Shown here piece by piece: positions 18,594 to 32,742 of a stretch of DNA of 64,000 nt. Source of the DNA: Eledone cirrhosa (Eukaryota); assembly GCA_964016885.1 (NCBI GenBank), contig OZ024740.1, positions 189,410,001 to 189,474,000 on the forward strand, read 5' to 3'. The position numbers and the translations under genes were made by a program. The notes below the pieces were generated by a model. It was not told the DNA's origin and made no database searches. It saw only the letters and a list, made by a program, of their open reading frames with translations. How positions within the stretch are numbered: the stretch's first letter is position 1; the number at the start of each line of letters is the position of its first letter.

Positions 18594-20738
18594 GTAAGTT
18601 ATAAAAGACATCAGATATCGAAGGATTCCTATTATTCTTCCCTATCTAGTAGATCGCAGAACCAAATTTATCAGTTCTAGGATTCAGCACTTGTTTGAAA
18701 AATGAAATTAGACACAGTTATGTGAAGATAATAGAAAAGAAACGAAATGCAACTAGGTTGATAACATGTAAGACGTCAGTTACAAATATTGTTTCTATGG
18801 CCAAAGCTGTTACATTGTGCTGACTAGGTTTACCTAGTGGGAACATTAGCATTATCATGAGTCAACAAGGAAGCTTCTAATTAACTACGTAACTGCTAAA
18901 ATTAGCCCGTCAAGATACATCTTATGACCGTAAAAAAGAAGGATACATTGAATTAGACTTTGATTAAGTGTCTGAAAAAAGATAGAATGATCAAGGCTGG
19001 ACCGCATTTGCTCACAGATCTATTTGATCCGAGCTGACTTGGGCCTCAGAGAAAAAAAACAAACATAAAAAATATCCTATTCGTTAGATTATAGGCCACC
19101 TCCATTAAAATACACTGTATAACAAGCACAAAGAAAGAGCTTACATCTAATAAAGCCGGGGTTAGTGGTTGAGTAACTTTCTAAAAAAAGATTCATAATT
19201 ATTTTCTAAGATAAAAGAGATATCAACAGTCTTTACCAACAGGCGGAAAAAAGGGTGACCATGTGTCACCACACCCTCAAATTCGAGGTGGAGTTCAAAA
19301 ACCATTGAAAATAGTTTTTCTTTAAAATTCTTAGAAGAAACTGGTGGAGATCAATCACACTAGGAAATGAAAACGAAAAAAAAAAAAAGAACGAATTGAC
19401 GAAAAACTAGGCAATTTCTGCCATAAAAACAACAATAAACTCATTTTATATGGTATTATTTATACAAAATTAAAAGTTTCTTAAGCTTGCACTATTAGAG
19501 TTTGTTAGACAGAAATCTGTGATATAAGAACTTCTGTGAAGACGTTCATTTTAGTGAGAAATATGGTAGCTATGGGTTTGAGATTTTTATATGGTCATAT
19601 CTATACCAGATTAAGAGTTTCTTAAATTTACTGTATCGGATTTTGTTAATATTAATATGTTTTAGACACAAATCCATAATATAGGAACTTCCGTGAAGAC
19701 GTTAGCGAAATATAACTTTAATATATATCACTGAATTAAAAGGAAAGGTTGTTAGTTTCTTAAGCTAGTCTGAATTCACATTTATTTTACAATTTAATTG
19801 AAACACATAGGGATTCATTTTAGTTAGAAATATTGTAGTTGAAGTGTTAAGATTTTTAATTAGATATAGACATTTCATAAAAATCTACATCAATCAAACT
19901 TCAAAATGACCAGATTCATGAAAAATGGTAGTGTTGCTACAGAATAAAAAAAAACCCATTCAATGTGCATCATATAGCCCGATGCATCTTATAAGACGTA
20001 AACTACGATCCGTGGTATGTGTGCGTCGTAACTCACCTCTTTAAGAATCATGAACAACATAGAATTAAGGAGTGTTTCTTAAGCTTGCTGTAGCGGATTT
20101 TGCCGCCTCCTTAATATTAATAAAAACGCTTAATTAATTCAATTTGAGCATCACCAAATGATTTCTAATCGGCTTAAATACAGAAGACAAGCAGCCCGAA
20201 AGCCAAATTGATAATAAGTAGAATATGCAAGATGATATAATTGTTTCTACTTTTGGCACAAGGCCAGCAATTATCCTAGTGCATTACTGGTACTTTATTT
20301 TATCGACCCTGTAATGGCAGCGAATTGGTAGAATCGTTATAGCGTCGGATATATGGCGGTACTGACCAACGTTTACTTTCATCTTTTCGGAGTTGATAAA
20401 TAAAGTTTAAGTCCAGTAATAAAATAGATGCTTCCATGTCTTTTTTCTCTCTCGATTTTACATGTAAATTAAAAAGTCCAATCTTGTCAAAATGCGTTAA
20501 GGTCAAAGCTAGCTGTAGAATACTCAATTACTTACAAGTTAATTTAACGAGTAGGAAATCAGTTGCTTGAACAGATAAATGCTCTTTGTTAAATCCAACA
20601 AAGAATCCGCCACCACCGACAACACCGTTAATGTGTTTGTGAGAACAGCACCTGTTTGAACGAGACGCTATACATTCATATTAAACAATAGAATATGTTC
20701 ATATATATATAAATATATATATATATGCCTACATAAAT

Positions 20739-20807
<69 letters not shown>

Positions 20808-20808
<1 letters not shown>

Positions 20809-20966
20809 AAGGCGGGTAAAATTCCCGAGATACATGGACGAGTTCTCTCCAGCGGTCTCTGTCCCTCATTATCGCTGCCATGTCCTGCGTCTCCAACAGA
20901 CCCGTGTCTGTCCTTAGGGCACCAACATACGTTAACCTTGGTCTTCCTCTTCTAGTTTGCCCGTGT
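20808..20966 (-). mobile_element. 3' end fragment of an RTE-type LINE
   Basis: Translation [22 protein letters not shown]...[11 protein letters not shown] matches the GRP..DR..WR C-terminal signature of RTE-clade ORFs; flanked by (TA)n. Confidence 0.75.
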
Positions 20967-21029
20967 ATGCATATATATATATATTTATATATTTTTATAT
21001 ATATACACACATAAGTAGAAGGGATATTT

Positions 21030-22007
21030 AATTTGTTGGAAATTCAACAAATATAAATATTTATAATTGATTCAGAGCACTCGACAAATTTCTGGAGTAA
21101 ATATTCAATGATATTAAATAAATGGAAACTATATTTATAAAACCATATTTATTCTATTATACATATTTCAAGGGTACTAACATCTTTGGTACGCTTTCAT
21201 CAGATAAAATACAAAGTGTGTTTTATAAATTTTAGCATAGCCAAGGAAACATACCTTATCAATTGAATTTTCCTTGGATATTCACACGTACACACGCGAC
21301 CATATATATATGTGTATATATATATATGAAAACGCATATACATAAACGCATACACACATATATATACACACATTCACGCACACATACAAATGCGTTCGTA
21401 TATATATACATACACATATACATACATATACACACATACGCATACATACATATATAAATCAACAACCATAGGAATAATTGGGTACACAATATACACAAGT
21501 TTACATACATTAATACGACTGAGGGACAACGAAAAAACTGGAGTTAAAAACACAAGTGACATGTAATGTCAGAAAGTTAAAGCAAAAGGGGAAGTAAAAT
21601 AAATATAATTGTTATATAATTGTTAAAATATATCGTTAATGAATATCAAAAAGAAGTGGATGTATAGTAAAAGTAAATAATTTGTAATACTGATTTAGAG
21701 GTCTATAAAGAGGGTAAGTTAAAGAAAGTGAAGAACAAGGGTTTATGGAGGATAAGTGTCTGAAAGTGAGTTAAGTCTGTATGAGCTGGAAGGCAAATGT
21801 GATTTCATGTGTGGGCAACTGGTGAAAAAAATCTGATTTAGCATTTAGGTAGGTTTTTTGGTGATTTACGGTTCTGTAAAATCCAATATTTCTCACTTAT
21901 GCAGAGGGTGCATCTTCTTGTTCCTATTGCGTATCTTTAGATTGGTTCAAAATTGACCAATCCAATTTATACTGGATACCTTGGTCCTTCAAATCCCATA
22001 TTCTGCT
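21030..22007 (-). mobile_element. 5'-truncated Naiad-type PLE (C-terminal GIY-YIG remnant 21750-22007 + 3' UTR + HHR)
   Basis: 21750-22007 is homologous to 39828-40085 (..RIWDLKDQGIQYKLDWSIL..CTLCISEKYWIL..SCPHMKSH); HHR at 21152-21209. Confidence 0.85.
21152..21209 (-). ncRNA. Type I minimal hammerhead ribozyme
   Basis: Minus strand TTTTAT-CTGATGA-AAGCGTAC...GTACCCTT-GAAA-TATGTATA^ATAGAA. Confidence 0.85.
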
Positions 22008-22022
22008 ATACATATATATATA

Positions 22023-22092
<70 letters not shown>

Positions 22093-22173
22093 ATAGATTT
22101 GACCAAGGAGATGATGGAGAATCTCTTCAGCATTCTCTACTGAAAAAAACCTTTTTCCTCTCTACTATTTGTT

Positions 22174-22220
<47 letters not shown>

Positions 22221-22221
22221 A

Positions 22222-22385
22222 GGAACGATCGACTTTCGTCAAATCGGACCGAGGAAACAGTGTTTCCGTTGGTCTTTCCAATTGCTAATACTATCTATCG
22301 GTCGCAACTCCAGGTTGAAGGAGCAACGTGAAATAAAGTGTCTTGCTCAAGGACTTAACGCATCGCCTGGTCCAGGAATCGAACT
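22222..22385 (-). mobile_element. tRNA-derived SINE (family 1), 5'-truncated
   Basis: Near-identical to 47000-47165 and to 6669-6830. Confidence 0.85.
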
Positions 22386-22715
22386 ATATATATATTCTCA
22401 ATTATTATTTATAGTGTCGACTATTAGTTTGGTCATTTGCATTTTGGCGCACCTATTTTTATAAAATTATAAAATTCAATTGTTATAGAATACTAATTAC
22501 AAGGGAGGTCACTATTTTCCTTTTATATATATGAAAGAGTCGGGTCCATAACTCTTATGGTTCACCGTGAGCCAATCTTCTGCGAAACGCGCGTAACAGG
22601 TCGAAACTTCCTCGTTTTTTTCCTATTATATATATAGGTGTAGATGTGCAAGATAATTGCATCCGTAGGCGTTATGCTGGATCAGCACACGATTCTCTCA
22701 GATAGCAGTGTATTA

Positions 22716-24279
22716 ATAGTATACGAATAAGGGAACAAAGAATTAGCGTGGCATCATAACATATTTACTAATATATTACATATGTTTTACTGTCGATCAG
22801 CTCGAGGAACGATCTATTAGTGATCGGACCTGACTCTGGAATCGCAAGACCCTTAGATATTCTTCAATAAGTAAGCTCGTCTCTGATGGTATATGAATAT
22901 CTCCCAATTCCTTCTTATATTTAGGACATTACATCAAAGTGGTTTTCCACGGTATTTGCTCATTGGTTCGTTAACAATCATATAATTGGATTATTTACAA
23001 AACAACGTCTATCCTTCTTCCGGTAAAGTCGTCGCATGCATTCATACGTGAAGGACTTTCCGCCTGTCTTCCAAAGCCACACTTGTTTGAAGTCCTCGTT
23101 AGGCTATAAGTCATACAAATGTGCACTCGCGGAAGTACACATAGAAACACATATGCGCAAATGTAAAAGTGTACAAGATACACATGTGTGGGCAGACTAT
23201 TGCGTTATCAATGAAATATGCTGGATTACAACATAATATAATAAAGGTGGGTCATTTAGAGAAGCGACAAGTGTCAAGAAATTTAGGATTATACAAACAG
23301 AATGGGTGGATGGTCAATAGTTAATTTATTGTCCGTAAAGAAGAGATACCAGACCACAGATAAATATGATTCGAAATCTGTGATGTATAGACAAATTGGA
23401 TGCATGAACCCGTCCGTCTATAATCGCTCCTATCCGGGAAAATCTAGTGCAGAAAACGTGCAATTTCTGTGGTGCTTGCATGCCATGATGATCTCAGATT
23501 TGAGGTTAACCGAATTATTTTTTAATGTTACTATCTCCATGGCTTCCGCCACACTGCTTGTATCGGCCATCACCGACGGAATATGGAGCCTCACGTTGCA
23601 CTATACTCCAGTGAAGCTTGTAGTCCATGCCATCATCTTTCAACCTCCATATTAAATCTGCCAGTCTAGCGGAGTGCCTCTTAGTCCAGTCCTTGAAATA
23701 ATTTGTGTGGTTATACATCCTCAACTTAAGGTTCGTGGATGTTGCGCCAATGTAGATGTGGCTCGTGTTACGTGTCTCAAACACACATTTGTACACCATG
23801 TTTTTCAGCAGGCACTTGCCATGGAGAGGGCATTGTGTACTGATGCGGCAGTTACTAGTCCGGGTGTCAGGGTGTCTGCTCATAACCCCCGGGGGAGAGC
23901 CCGTTGTGACTTGCGCTGCATTCCTCCCTGTCGGTCCCTGGGCGCAATGAAGGTCAGGTTCGAGGTTGCAATCGGCTGGGTGCCCATGTCACGGCACTCG
24001 GGGGGTCGCTTCCTAATGGGGGGTGAGTGGGTTTAGTCGGTGTCAGGGTCGTTAAGCGCTCCACCAGCTACCCTGGACAGATCTTCCGTCTGCTGCTGGT
24101 GACACAAGGAAGTCCCGAATTTTCAATGAATTGGTGTTAGCAATATAGTCATCTAAGTGGGGTGCAGTAGAAAACGAGAACTTCACAGAGTGTTAAGCTG
24201 ATCAGTGAAACATGTAATATATTATTAAATATGTTATGATGCAACACTAATTCTTTGTCCTTTTATTCTTATACTATAT
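22716..24279 (-). mobile_element. 5'-truncated Naiad-type PLE with short inverted terminal copy (arms 22716-22802 / 24196-24279)
   Basis: Minus-strand FSFSTAP motif near 24180 and GIY-YIG region at 23515-23883; terminal ~85 bp repeated in inverted orientation upstream. Confidence 0.8.
23450..23883 (-). pseudogene. PLE GIY-YIG endonuclease remnant (frameshifted)
   Basis: NCR..QCPLHGKC..MVYKC..YIGATSTNLKLRMYNH..F..LADLIWRLKD..YKLHWSI; frameshifted tail ends in ..SEIIMACKHH. Confidence 0.85.
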
Positions 24280-24599
24280 ATATGAAATTTATGACAATGT
24301 TACAAAGAAATATATATATATATATAAATATAGCAAAATTGTAAATTTAGATTATCATAGAATACCAATTACAAGGGAAGTCATTCTTTTCTCTTTTTTT
24401 TTCAAATATACCTAACTGTACCAAGGATCTCATGCATTTTCCATTATATATATATTGGATATATAATTTAATGCGTTGAAATGCCCAAGAGCCCCAGCAG
24501 ACAACTGAGGAAGGAAAAGTTTCTCCCCATTTCTTGCTTTTTATAAGTGCTCCTTATCCAGCAACTACACATCCCGCTTATTGTTATATATATATATTT

Positions 24600-24740
24600 A
24601 TTTATTAAAATAACACATTAAAGTTTAAACAAAGAAACGCTGCTTTCACCCTTAGCGGGATCTTCTGAGTTTCATAAGATCTCGTTAAAGGTGACAGCAG
24701 CGATTCTTTGCTTAAATTTTAATCTGTTATTTTAATAAAT
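24600..24740. repeat. Fold-back inverted repeat, same family as 10409-10526
   Basis: ~65-bp imperfect arms around an ~11-nt loop (ctgagtttcat), bounded by (TA)n. Confidence 0.88.
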
Positions 24741-24758
24741 ATATATATGTATATATAT

Positions 24759-25904
<1,146 letters not shown>

Positions 25905-25908
<4 letters not shown>

Positions 25909-28425
25909 AAAAGTGAAAACACAGGTAAGCATCAAGAGAAGGGTTCTATCCAGGTATTTACGACCGTTTCATTGGTAAGTGCAAACTTATATTGCTATAC
26001 TGCAAATAGCAGCCACTCGTATATATCTTGGATAAAGCCTTAGCATTCGCCAAAGCCAATTCTGGCCTAACAGACGACGAGATAAAAATCATATTAGCTG
26101 CTAGGAAAATAATAATTAAATTTGAAAACGCCTATTGGGAACGTAAGGATAGATTAAATAACTTTGACATCACGATGGGGGCTAACGACTCGGCTCAAGT
26201 CACAGATTTAGTAGGTATTTACATAGCCCATAGTTTACAGAGTGAGTTTAGCGATCTTCACGGTGGAATCTACAGAGACGACACCCTTCTCCTTGTTAAG
26301 AACCTAAATAACCAGAGCATAGAAAGACTCCGTAAGAATATTAGAAAGACTCTCGGGAAACTAAGCCTTAGCATAACGTATGAGTATAGCACTAAAACAG
26401 TTAACTTTCTAGACGCGACGCTTAACCTAAATACGGGACTTATAAGACCTTTTCATAAGATTAATGAAAACTTAGCATACATCAACTGTAACTCAAACCA
26501 CCCACTATCCATAATTAAATCCATTCCACGCAGCATATCCCTTAGGATCTCCCGCCTCTCGTCTAAACGATAAATCTTCGAGGAACATACAGAATACTAC
26601 ACTACCGCATTAGAAAAGGCAGGCCACTTAGATAGAGTAGAATATATAGATGAAAGCCTCCGCAAAGCGCACACGAACAGGCATAACACAAACTCCAGAA
26701 ACACACGCACACACGCATTTACGCATAGAACTACAATGTATACCGTAAATAGAAATACAACATCAAAATCAAACAAGTCACGCAGTAGAAAATATATTTG
26801 GTATAACCCCATATTTAACATCTCTATTAGTACTAACCTACCCTCTACCTTCTTTAGAATAATAAATAAGCACTTTCCAGATTCACATAGATACAGCAAA
26901 ATCCTTAACACTAAATATATTAGTCTATCTTACTCCACGGCATCAAATATAGAGGCAAACATTAAGATGCTTAACGCTAAAACGATACATAACAACACCA
27001 GAACACAAATTTACAACTATAACAATACAATCACCATTGAACACAACAGAATATCTAATACACAAACACCCACTAATAGGCAAACAAAACGTAACACACT
27101 TGTACAGGCATCGCAGCCCACCAATAATGCCAAAGTTGCCCATGACAAGAATTGTAACAGCCACCTACCTGAAACCTGTCCATTACATAATGAATGTATG
27201 CAGTCTAACCTGGTTTACCAATGCACAGTGGAATCAGACAACCAGAAATGGTATTACATCGGAGCGACTGGGAATACATTTAAAGCCCGTTGGTATACAC
27301 ATCGCTACGCAATGAAACATTCCCAGCATCGTTATGTAACTACCCTTGCAAACAAGACCTGGCAACTGAGGGAAAGTAACCATCAATTCACCCTGAAGTG
27401 GAAAAATTATCGAACGCGCCCCCATATCGGAGCGGCATGAGAAGCTGTCGATTATGTGACCTTGAGCTGTTCCACATTTTGAGTTCGAAGAATGAGTTAC
27501 TCAACAATAAAATCGAAAGATCAATTTATTGTAACCATAGACTGAAAGAAAAGTTTTCGCACAAGTGCAAATCGAACCCTTAACCTCTTACTACCAACTG
27601 ACAAACTGCATATACTTAGACTTTATAACCTCTTATTGAATCTAAATCCTATTAATTACCCAGAAAAACCAATACCTATATCCCTCCCTTCTCCTTCATT
27701 CTTCTTTTATTTCTTCGTTTATTTCTTCGTTTTCTTCCTTCCTTCCCTCCCTTTTTTGGCTATCTTTTCTTTTCTCCCCCCCCCCTTCTTTGCTTTTATT
27801 TTTGTCATTATTATCTTTATCTTTATTTATTATATATATATTTATCTCTTTATATCTCACCCCTCTCTCTCTCTATCCCTCCCTCCCACTATGATCAATT
27901 TAATTCTCTTTAACTCACTACATTCCACGACATGAAGTCTACATATCAAATCTGATCAAGGAATCCTTCCACCTCTACCCCTCCCTCCATCTCAGATTGT
28001 CACTCTACTTCCTAACTCTTCCCCTCACCTCTATGTCCCCACACCTTCTAATTCCTCTTCCTCTCGCTATACTAGTAAATACAATTCCCAAAAAATGTTT
28101 TTCTCTATATATTAAGAACTATTCAAGAGTAACTTACTACATATTTTGAAAATTTGGACGTGAACAACAATTATAATTGAGTGGCTGCTATATGCAGTAT
28201 AGCAATATAAGGTTGCATTTTCCAATGAAACGGTCGTAAATACCTGGATAAAATCCTTCTCTTAATGCTTACCTGTGTTTTCTATTTTATACTTTATACT
28301 CCAAGATTGAACGGAATTCTTACAAACTTGTGGAATTACCCCTAACCGTACGTTGAAACCATCCATGAAACTGGCTTTCTTAACCACGAACAGGATCACA
28401 ATAAGCAATTTGCTGCTTCCCTAAC

Positions 28426-28428
<3 letters not shown>
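25905..28428 (+). mobile_element. 5'-truncated Naiad-type PLE (family A) with inverted terminal fragment at 25905-26018
   Basis: Highly similar to 44663-46938; 25905-26018 is the reverse complement of ~28179-28291; (TA)n on both sides. Confidence 0.93.
26028..27583 (+). pseudogene. PLE reverse transcriptase (3' part) + GIY-YIG endonuclease
   Basis: FDITMGANDSAQVTDLVG, IYRDD, VNFLDATLNL, YINCNSNHP, IWYNP, WYYIGATGNTFKARWYTH, CRLCDLE, CNHRLK; one nonsense codon (26571) and one frameshift (~27405). Confidence 0.93.
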
Positions 28429-28458
<30 letters not shown>

Positions 28459-28463
<5 letters not shown>

Positions 28464-28746
28464 TAAGAGGAATTCCAACTTTGTCTGATTTACTCGTTTT
28501 ATTTACAATCCTTTAAAATATCTAATGGTATTATAATGAAATAGTATGATAGAATATTAAATTCTAAGTGTTAATTGAACATAATGAAATAGTATGATAG
28601 AATATTAAATTCTAAGTGTTAATTGTTCAATTAACACTTAGAATTTAATATTGTATCATACTATTTCATTATAATACCATTATATATTTTAAAGGATTGT
28701 AAATAAAACGAGTAAATCAGACAAAGTTGGAATTCCTCTTATTAAT
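28459..28746. repeat. Fold-back inverted repeat with a 45-bp tandem duplication in the left arm
   Basis: attaataagaggaattccaac...ttaattg / caattaa...gttggaattcctcttattaat; unit 28533-28577 repeated at 28581-28625. Confidence 0.9.
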
Positions 28747-28800
28747 ATAATCTTCTATACACAATCATACACACCCGTGTATATTTACCTATCTATATCT

Positions 28801-28846
<46 letters not shown>

Positions 28847-28892
28847 AATAAGTATCCGTTGATCTTATACAAGCTTCTACATAATTTGGGAT

Positions 28893-29765
28893 AGTTTCAC
28901 CCAACTTGTAGAAATCTTATAATGAAACGAGTCGTCTGGGAAGTGATATATTCATATGAAATGCTACACCCAATTTTCCACACAATACAATTAGTTAGCA
29001 CTCCGAACGTTTGATTAGGAATAAACTCAGATATTTCCTAATGTTTGTTGAGTGAGTTGGAATTTGGCCGGAGTATCGCTATCAGCTTTCTCCGATTATG
29101 TATTTATATATTTACTCTTTGAGCCACAGATATGAACTTTCCCGATATAAGGTATGACTCTCTTTTTTTATTTTTTATATGAATATTGATTGTTTGTTCT
29201 TGTATCTCATTCTGTTATTTTGCCCGAGAAAATATCTAAAACGTCATTAAGCGATGCGCACATATGGTTATTTTTTCATATGCAATTGAGTTCTTAGCAC
29301 GTGGCTTGGATTCTTTTCAGAATTGAACGACCTGCGCATGTATTGTTTTTTGGCGGTAGTCTCCTTCCTCCTATTTTCGGGACAGTGTGAGATTTTCTTT
29401 AGAGCTACTGGACTAACAACCTAGCAGCTCCCTCAAGCACTGATGGTGATTATCGCTAAATATTGATGTTGATTTGGTTATCAATATTAATATTATTGGC
29501 CACCCACTGAAGAATTATAAGAGCCCACTTGAATTTGCTATAATTTCACCCAACTTGTAGAAATCTTATAATGAAACGAGTCGTCTGGGAAGTGATATAT
29601 TTGATATATCTCATATGAAATGATACAGCCAATTTTCCACACAATACAATTACTTAGTACCCCGAACGTTTAATTAGGAATAAACTCAGGTATTTCCTAA
29701 TGATTGTTGAGTGAGTTGGAATTTGGCCGGAGTATCGCTATTAGCTTTCTCAGATTATGTATTTA
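28893..29765 (+). mobile_element. Non-coding HHR-containing tandem unit (period ~649 nt, ~1.3 copies); retrozyme- or pLTR-like
   Basis: 28893-29108 is repeated at 29543-29765; complete HHR at the junction; no ORF. Confidence 0.7.
29503..29589 (+). ncRNA. Type I hammerhead ribozyme
   Basis: CCCA-CTGAAGA-ATTATAAGA...TCTTATAAT-GAAA-CGAGTCG-TC^TGGG; perfect 9-bp stem II base, GUC triplet, 4-bp stem I. Confidence 0.88.
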
Positions 29766-30128
29766 TATATATATATATTAATAAAAATAATGAATAAAAA
29801 CAAATAATTATTTCTGAAGACAGCATATATATGTGTAGGTATGTATATTCCCTCTGATAGTTTGTAAAAGTTGTACATAGATCTATATGATATACATACC
29901 AACACACACATATATATCCTAGAAACGATCGTAAAATAATGAATTTTTTAATATAAGGAACTATTTCTTTGTTTTTATTCATTATTTTTATTAATTTATC
30001 TTGACTCTGTTTTCCTGTGCTTGTCATCTAAAAAAATTTGAATACATCTTCTCTTTTCATGATATTTGGATTAGATTGAGTTCTTCATACGGATTGGACA
30101 CTACCGTATATTTTGGTAGATTTATCTC

Positions 30129-30209
<81 letters not shown>

Positions 30210-30628
30210 TGGAGGTGGGTGTATACACGACGATTATAGTAATAATCGATCAATGTAATGATATTTGAGAAAATTAGGTAAAATACTCCTGCAGATGGAA
30301 AAGCGGGGACAACAATACCTGCAAGATTCTAATCTTTGCATCTCTCGGATACCGTCAGAGAGTCAGTAGTTACCAAGTCCGACGTTTTAGAAGAGTTTAA
30401 ACTGGTAGCTAGAAGTGTTAGACAATCGGTTAACTTACGAAGCATTGAGGATATTTAAAATTTTGAAATGTGCTTGTTCTAATGCAAATTACATTAGTAA
30501 TAATTGATCACTATAAATGATATTAGTAAAACGAGGGTTTTGTACACATGGTGACGAAACAAAAGGAAATATACGTCTGCTATAAGCTTAAAATGTTAAA
30601 AAATTATGGAAGTTGTGGCAAGCGGCTC

Positions 30629-30689
<61 letters not shown>

Positions 30690-31135
30690 TCATGACATTC
30701 ACTGGATAGAAATGGTTATTTCGTTTAGATAACCATCATGTATTAGTAAGCAAAGCACTCTACGTTACGCAACTCATCCATAGTTGATGTTGACACTTGT
30801 GGCTTGTACAGGAATGGAGTTAAATATTAGTTTGATTAAAATAACTGGAGTGATGTTCCTTTAAATTTTTATTGTTGCACAAACACTATATATATTTCAA
30901 TGGTCTTGTTACATAAGATCCTGGTGACATCATCAGGTCAGGGTTGTATAATTAGTTAAACAATAAAGGAATTACGGCAAACACTAACAAAATATATTTG
31001 ACTTTGAGAGGGACTGTGAAATAGGTGATTTTGTTGCTGCAGACCATTTCCTAATTATATATATATTAGCGCGCATGTGTGAGTGTGTGTATATATATAT
31101 AAACATATATACATATATGTATATATATATATATG

Positions 31136-31328
31136 TAGGGAAATGTTCAAGACACCGACGGAAGAGCTCAAGCCGTTCGACAGCTATTTCTGGAGTCCAG
31201 AAATAGCCGTCGAAACGGTTTGAGCTCTGCCGTCGGGGTCTTGAACATTTTCCTATTACCCACTCAAATACCATAAGTATTGTGTACTCTGGTGCGTTAT
31301 GGTCCATCTGGTTCCTTACACTTCTTCG

Positions 31329-31331
<3 letters not shown>
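31136..31331. mobile_element. PLE terminal fragment with a 120-bp fold-back (31136-31255)
   Basis: Same family as 6367-6518; left part is the inverted copy of the right part, centred on ctgg-agt-ccag. Confidence 0.8.
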
Positions 31332-31381
<50 letters not shown>

Positions 31382-32391
31382 CATATGTATATATATAAGT
31401 TAAAACAATGAAATAAAAATCCAAGTCATTAGGAATATACTTCACTGCTTTACGAACGTTTCTAGGTGATAATAATACATCGTACGCATATTCCGTTATC
31501 GATCTATGTAAGGTTAGTTACAAAATATCAAATAAGGAATATATTTACCTACGTGTATATCGTCAGTCGTTGTCAAAAGCAATGAAAATGTTATTCAAAA
31601 TCAATAGTAAATTGAGTTCTATGACATTATTTGGAGGTAGTTGAAGAACCAACCAATCAAATGATGTTTTGCTATGTGATGTTAAGACGAGATATAATTC
31701 ACTTTAGTTAAGGTCATGACCTTTTGAAAGGATTGGTTGAATGGTGTTAAGAATAGAATGACTATGAAGAACCTATCAAAAAAAGGGATTGTTGTATCGA
31801 TAGTGGAATGTAGATGGTGGAATGAAGTTTAAAAAGGGATGTAAAAATTATATGTTGAGTTGTGTTCTGTATGGAGTTTTTAGGTGAATATAAATAAAGA
31901 AATATAAAATATACGGAAAAATAACTAAGATAAATATAGATAGGTAAAATAATGGTCATAACTAGGAAGGATAGTATATTAAAAGATGAAAATTATAGTA
32001 AGATAATAAAATACAATAATATAATAATATCATATAATGTAATATAATGTAGTTCAGTATGCTACATTGTATATAATATAGTATAGCGTATGATGTATCA
32101 TAACATATAAAACAGTAAATATTTCCAAGTGGGTCTATGTATAAGTAATCAATCCCAGATAAATACATGTTGACATATAGCCAAAACGCATAATTTTCTT
32201 AGATCACAAAAGTACATATACTCACATATATAGATAGAGGTATAGTTACATAGATACTCCATTAAAACCATACATACGCATACATAGATATATACATATA
32301 CATACACATACATACACTCACACATGCATATATACATATATATATATACATACATATACATACATATATACATATGCACACATATACATGT

Positions 32392-32479
<88 letters not shown>

Positions 32480-32680
32480 GTATATATATTCTCTTATCAT
32501 ACATACATAGATATATGTATACCCATGCAATTACAGGTGGTTATGTACCTCGATGCCCTTAGTCGGTAACGCCTGAATCTATGGAAGCTAAACAATTAAA
32601 AAGGTTAAAAAATTAAAAGGAAGGCGTATAATTAGGAGATATATTAATAAATGGAAACTACATTTATAAAACCATATTTA

Positions 32681-32742
32681 TTTTATTATATATATTTCAA
32701 GGGTAACCGAGGAAAATTATGGTGCGCTTTCATCAGATAAAA
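32681..32742 (-). ncRNA. Type I minimal hammerhead ribozyme (3' pLTR of family C)
   Basis: Minus strand TTTTAT-CTGATGA-AAGCG...CCCTT-GAAA-TATATATA^ATAAAA. Confidence 0.85.

Noticed and set aside
31445-31570. Minus-strand CTGACGA ... GAAACGTTCGTA hammerhead-like motif
   Set aside because: Both core halves are present but stem I does not pair next to the core; counted only as a decayed relic.
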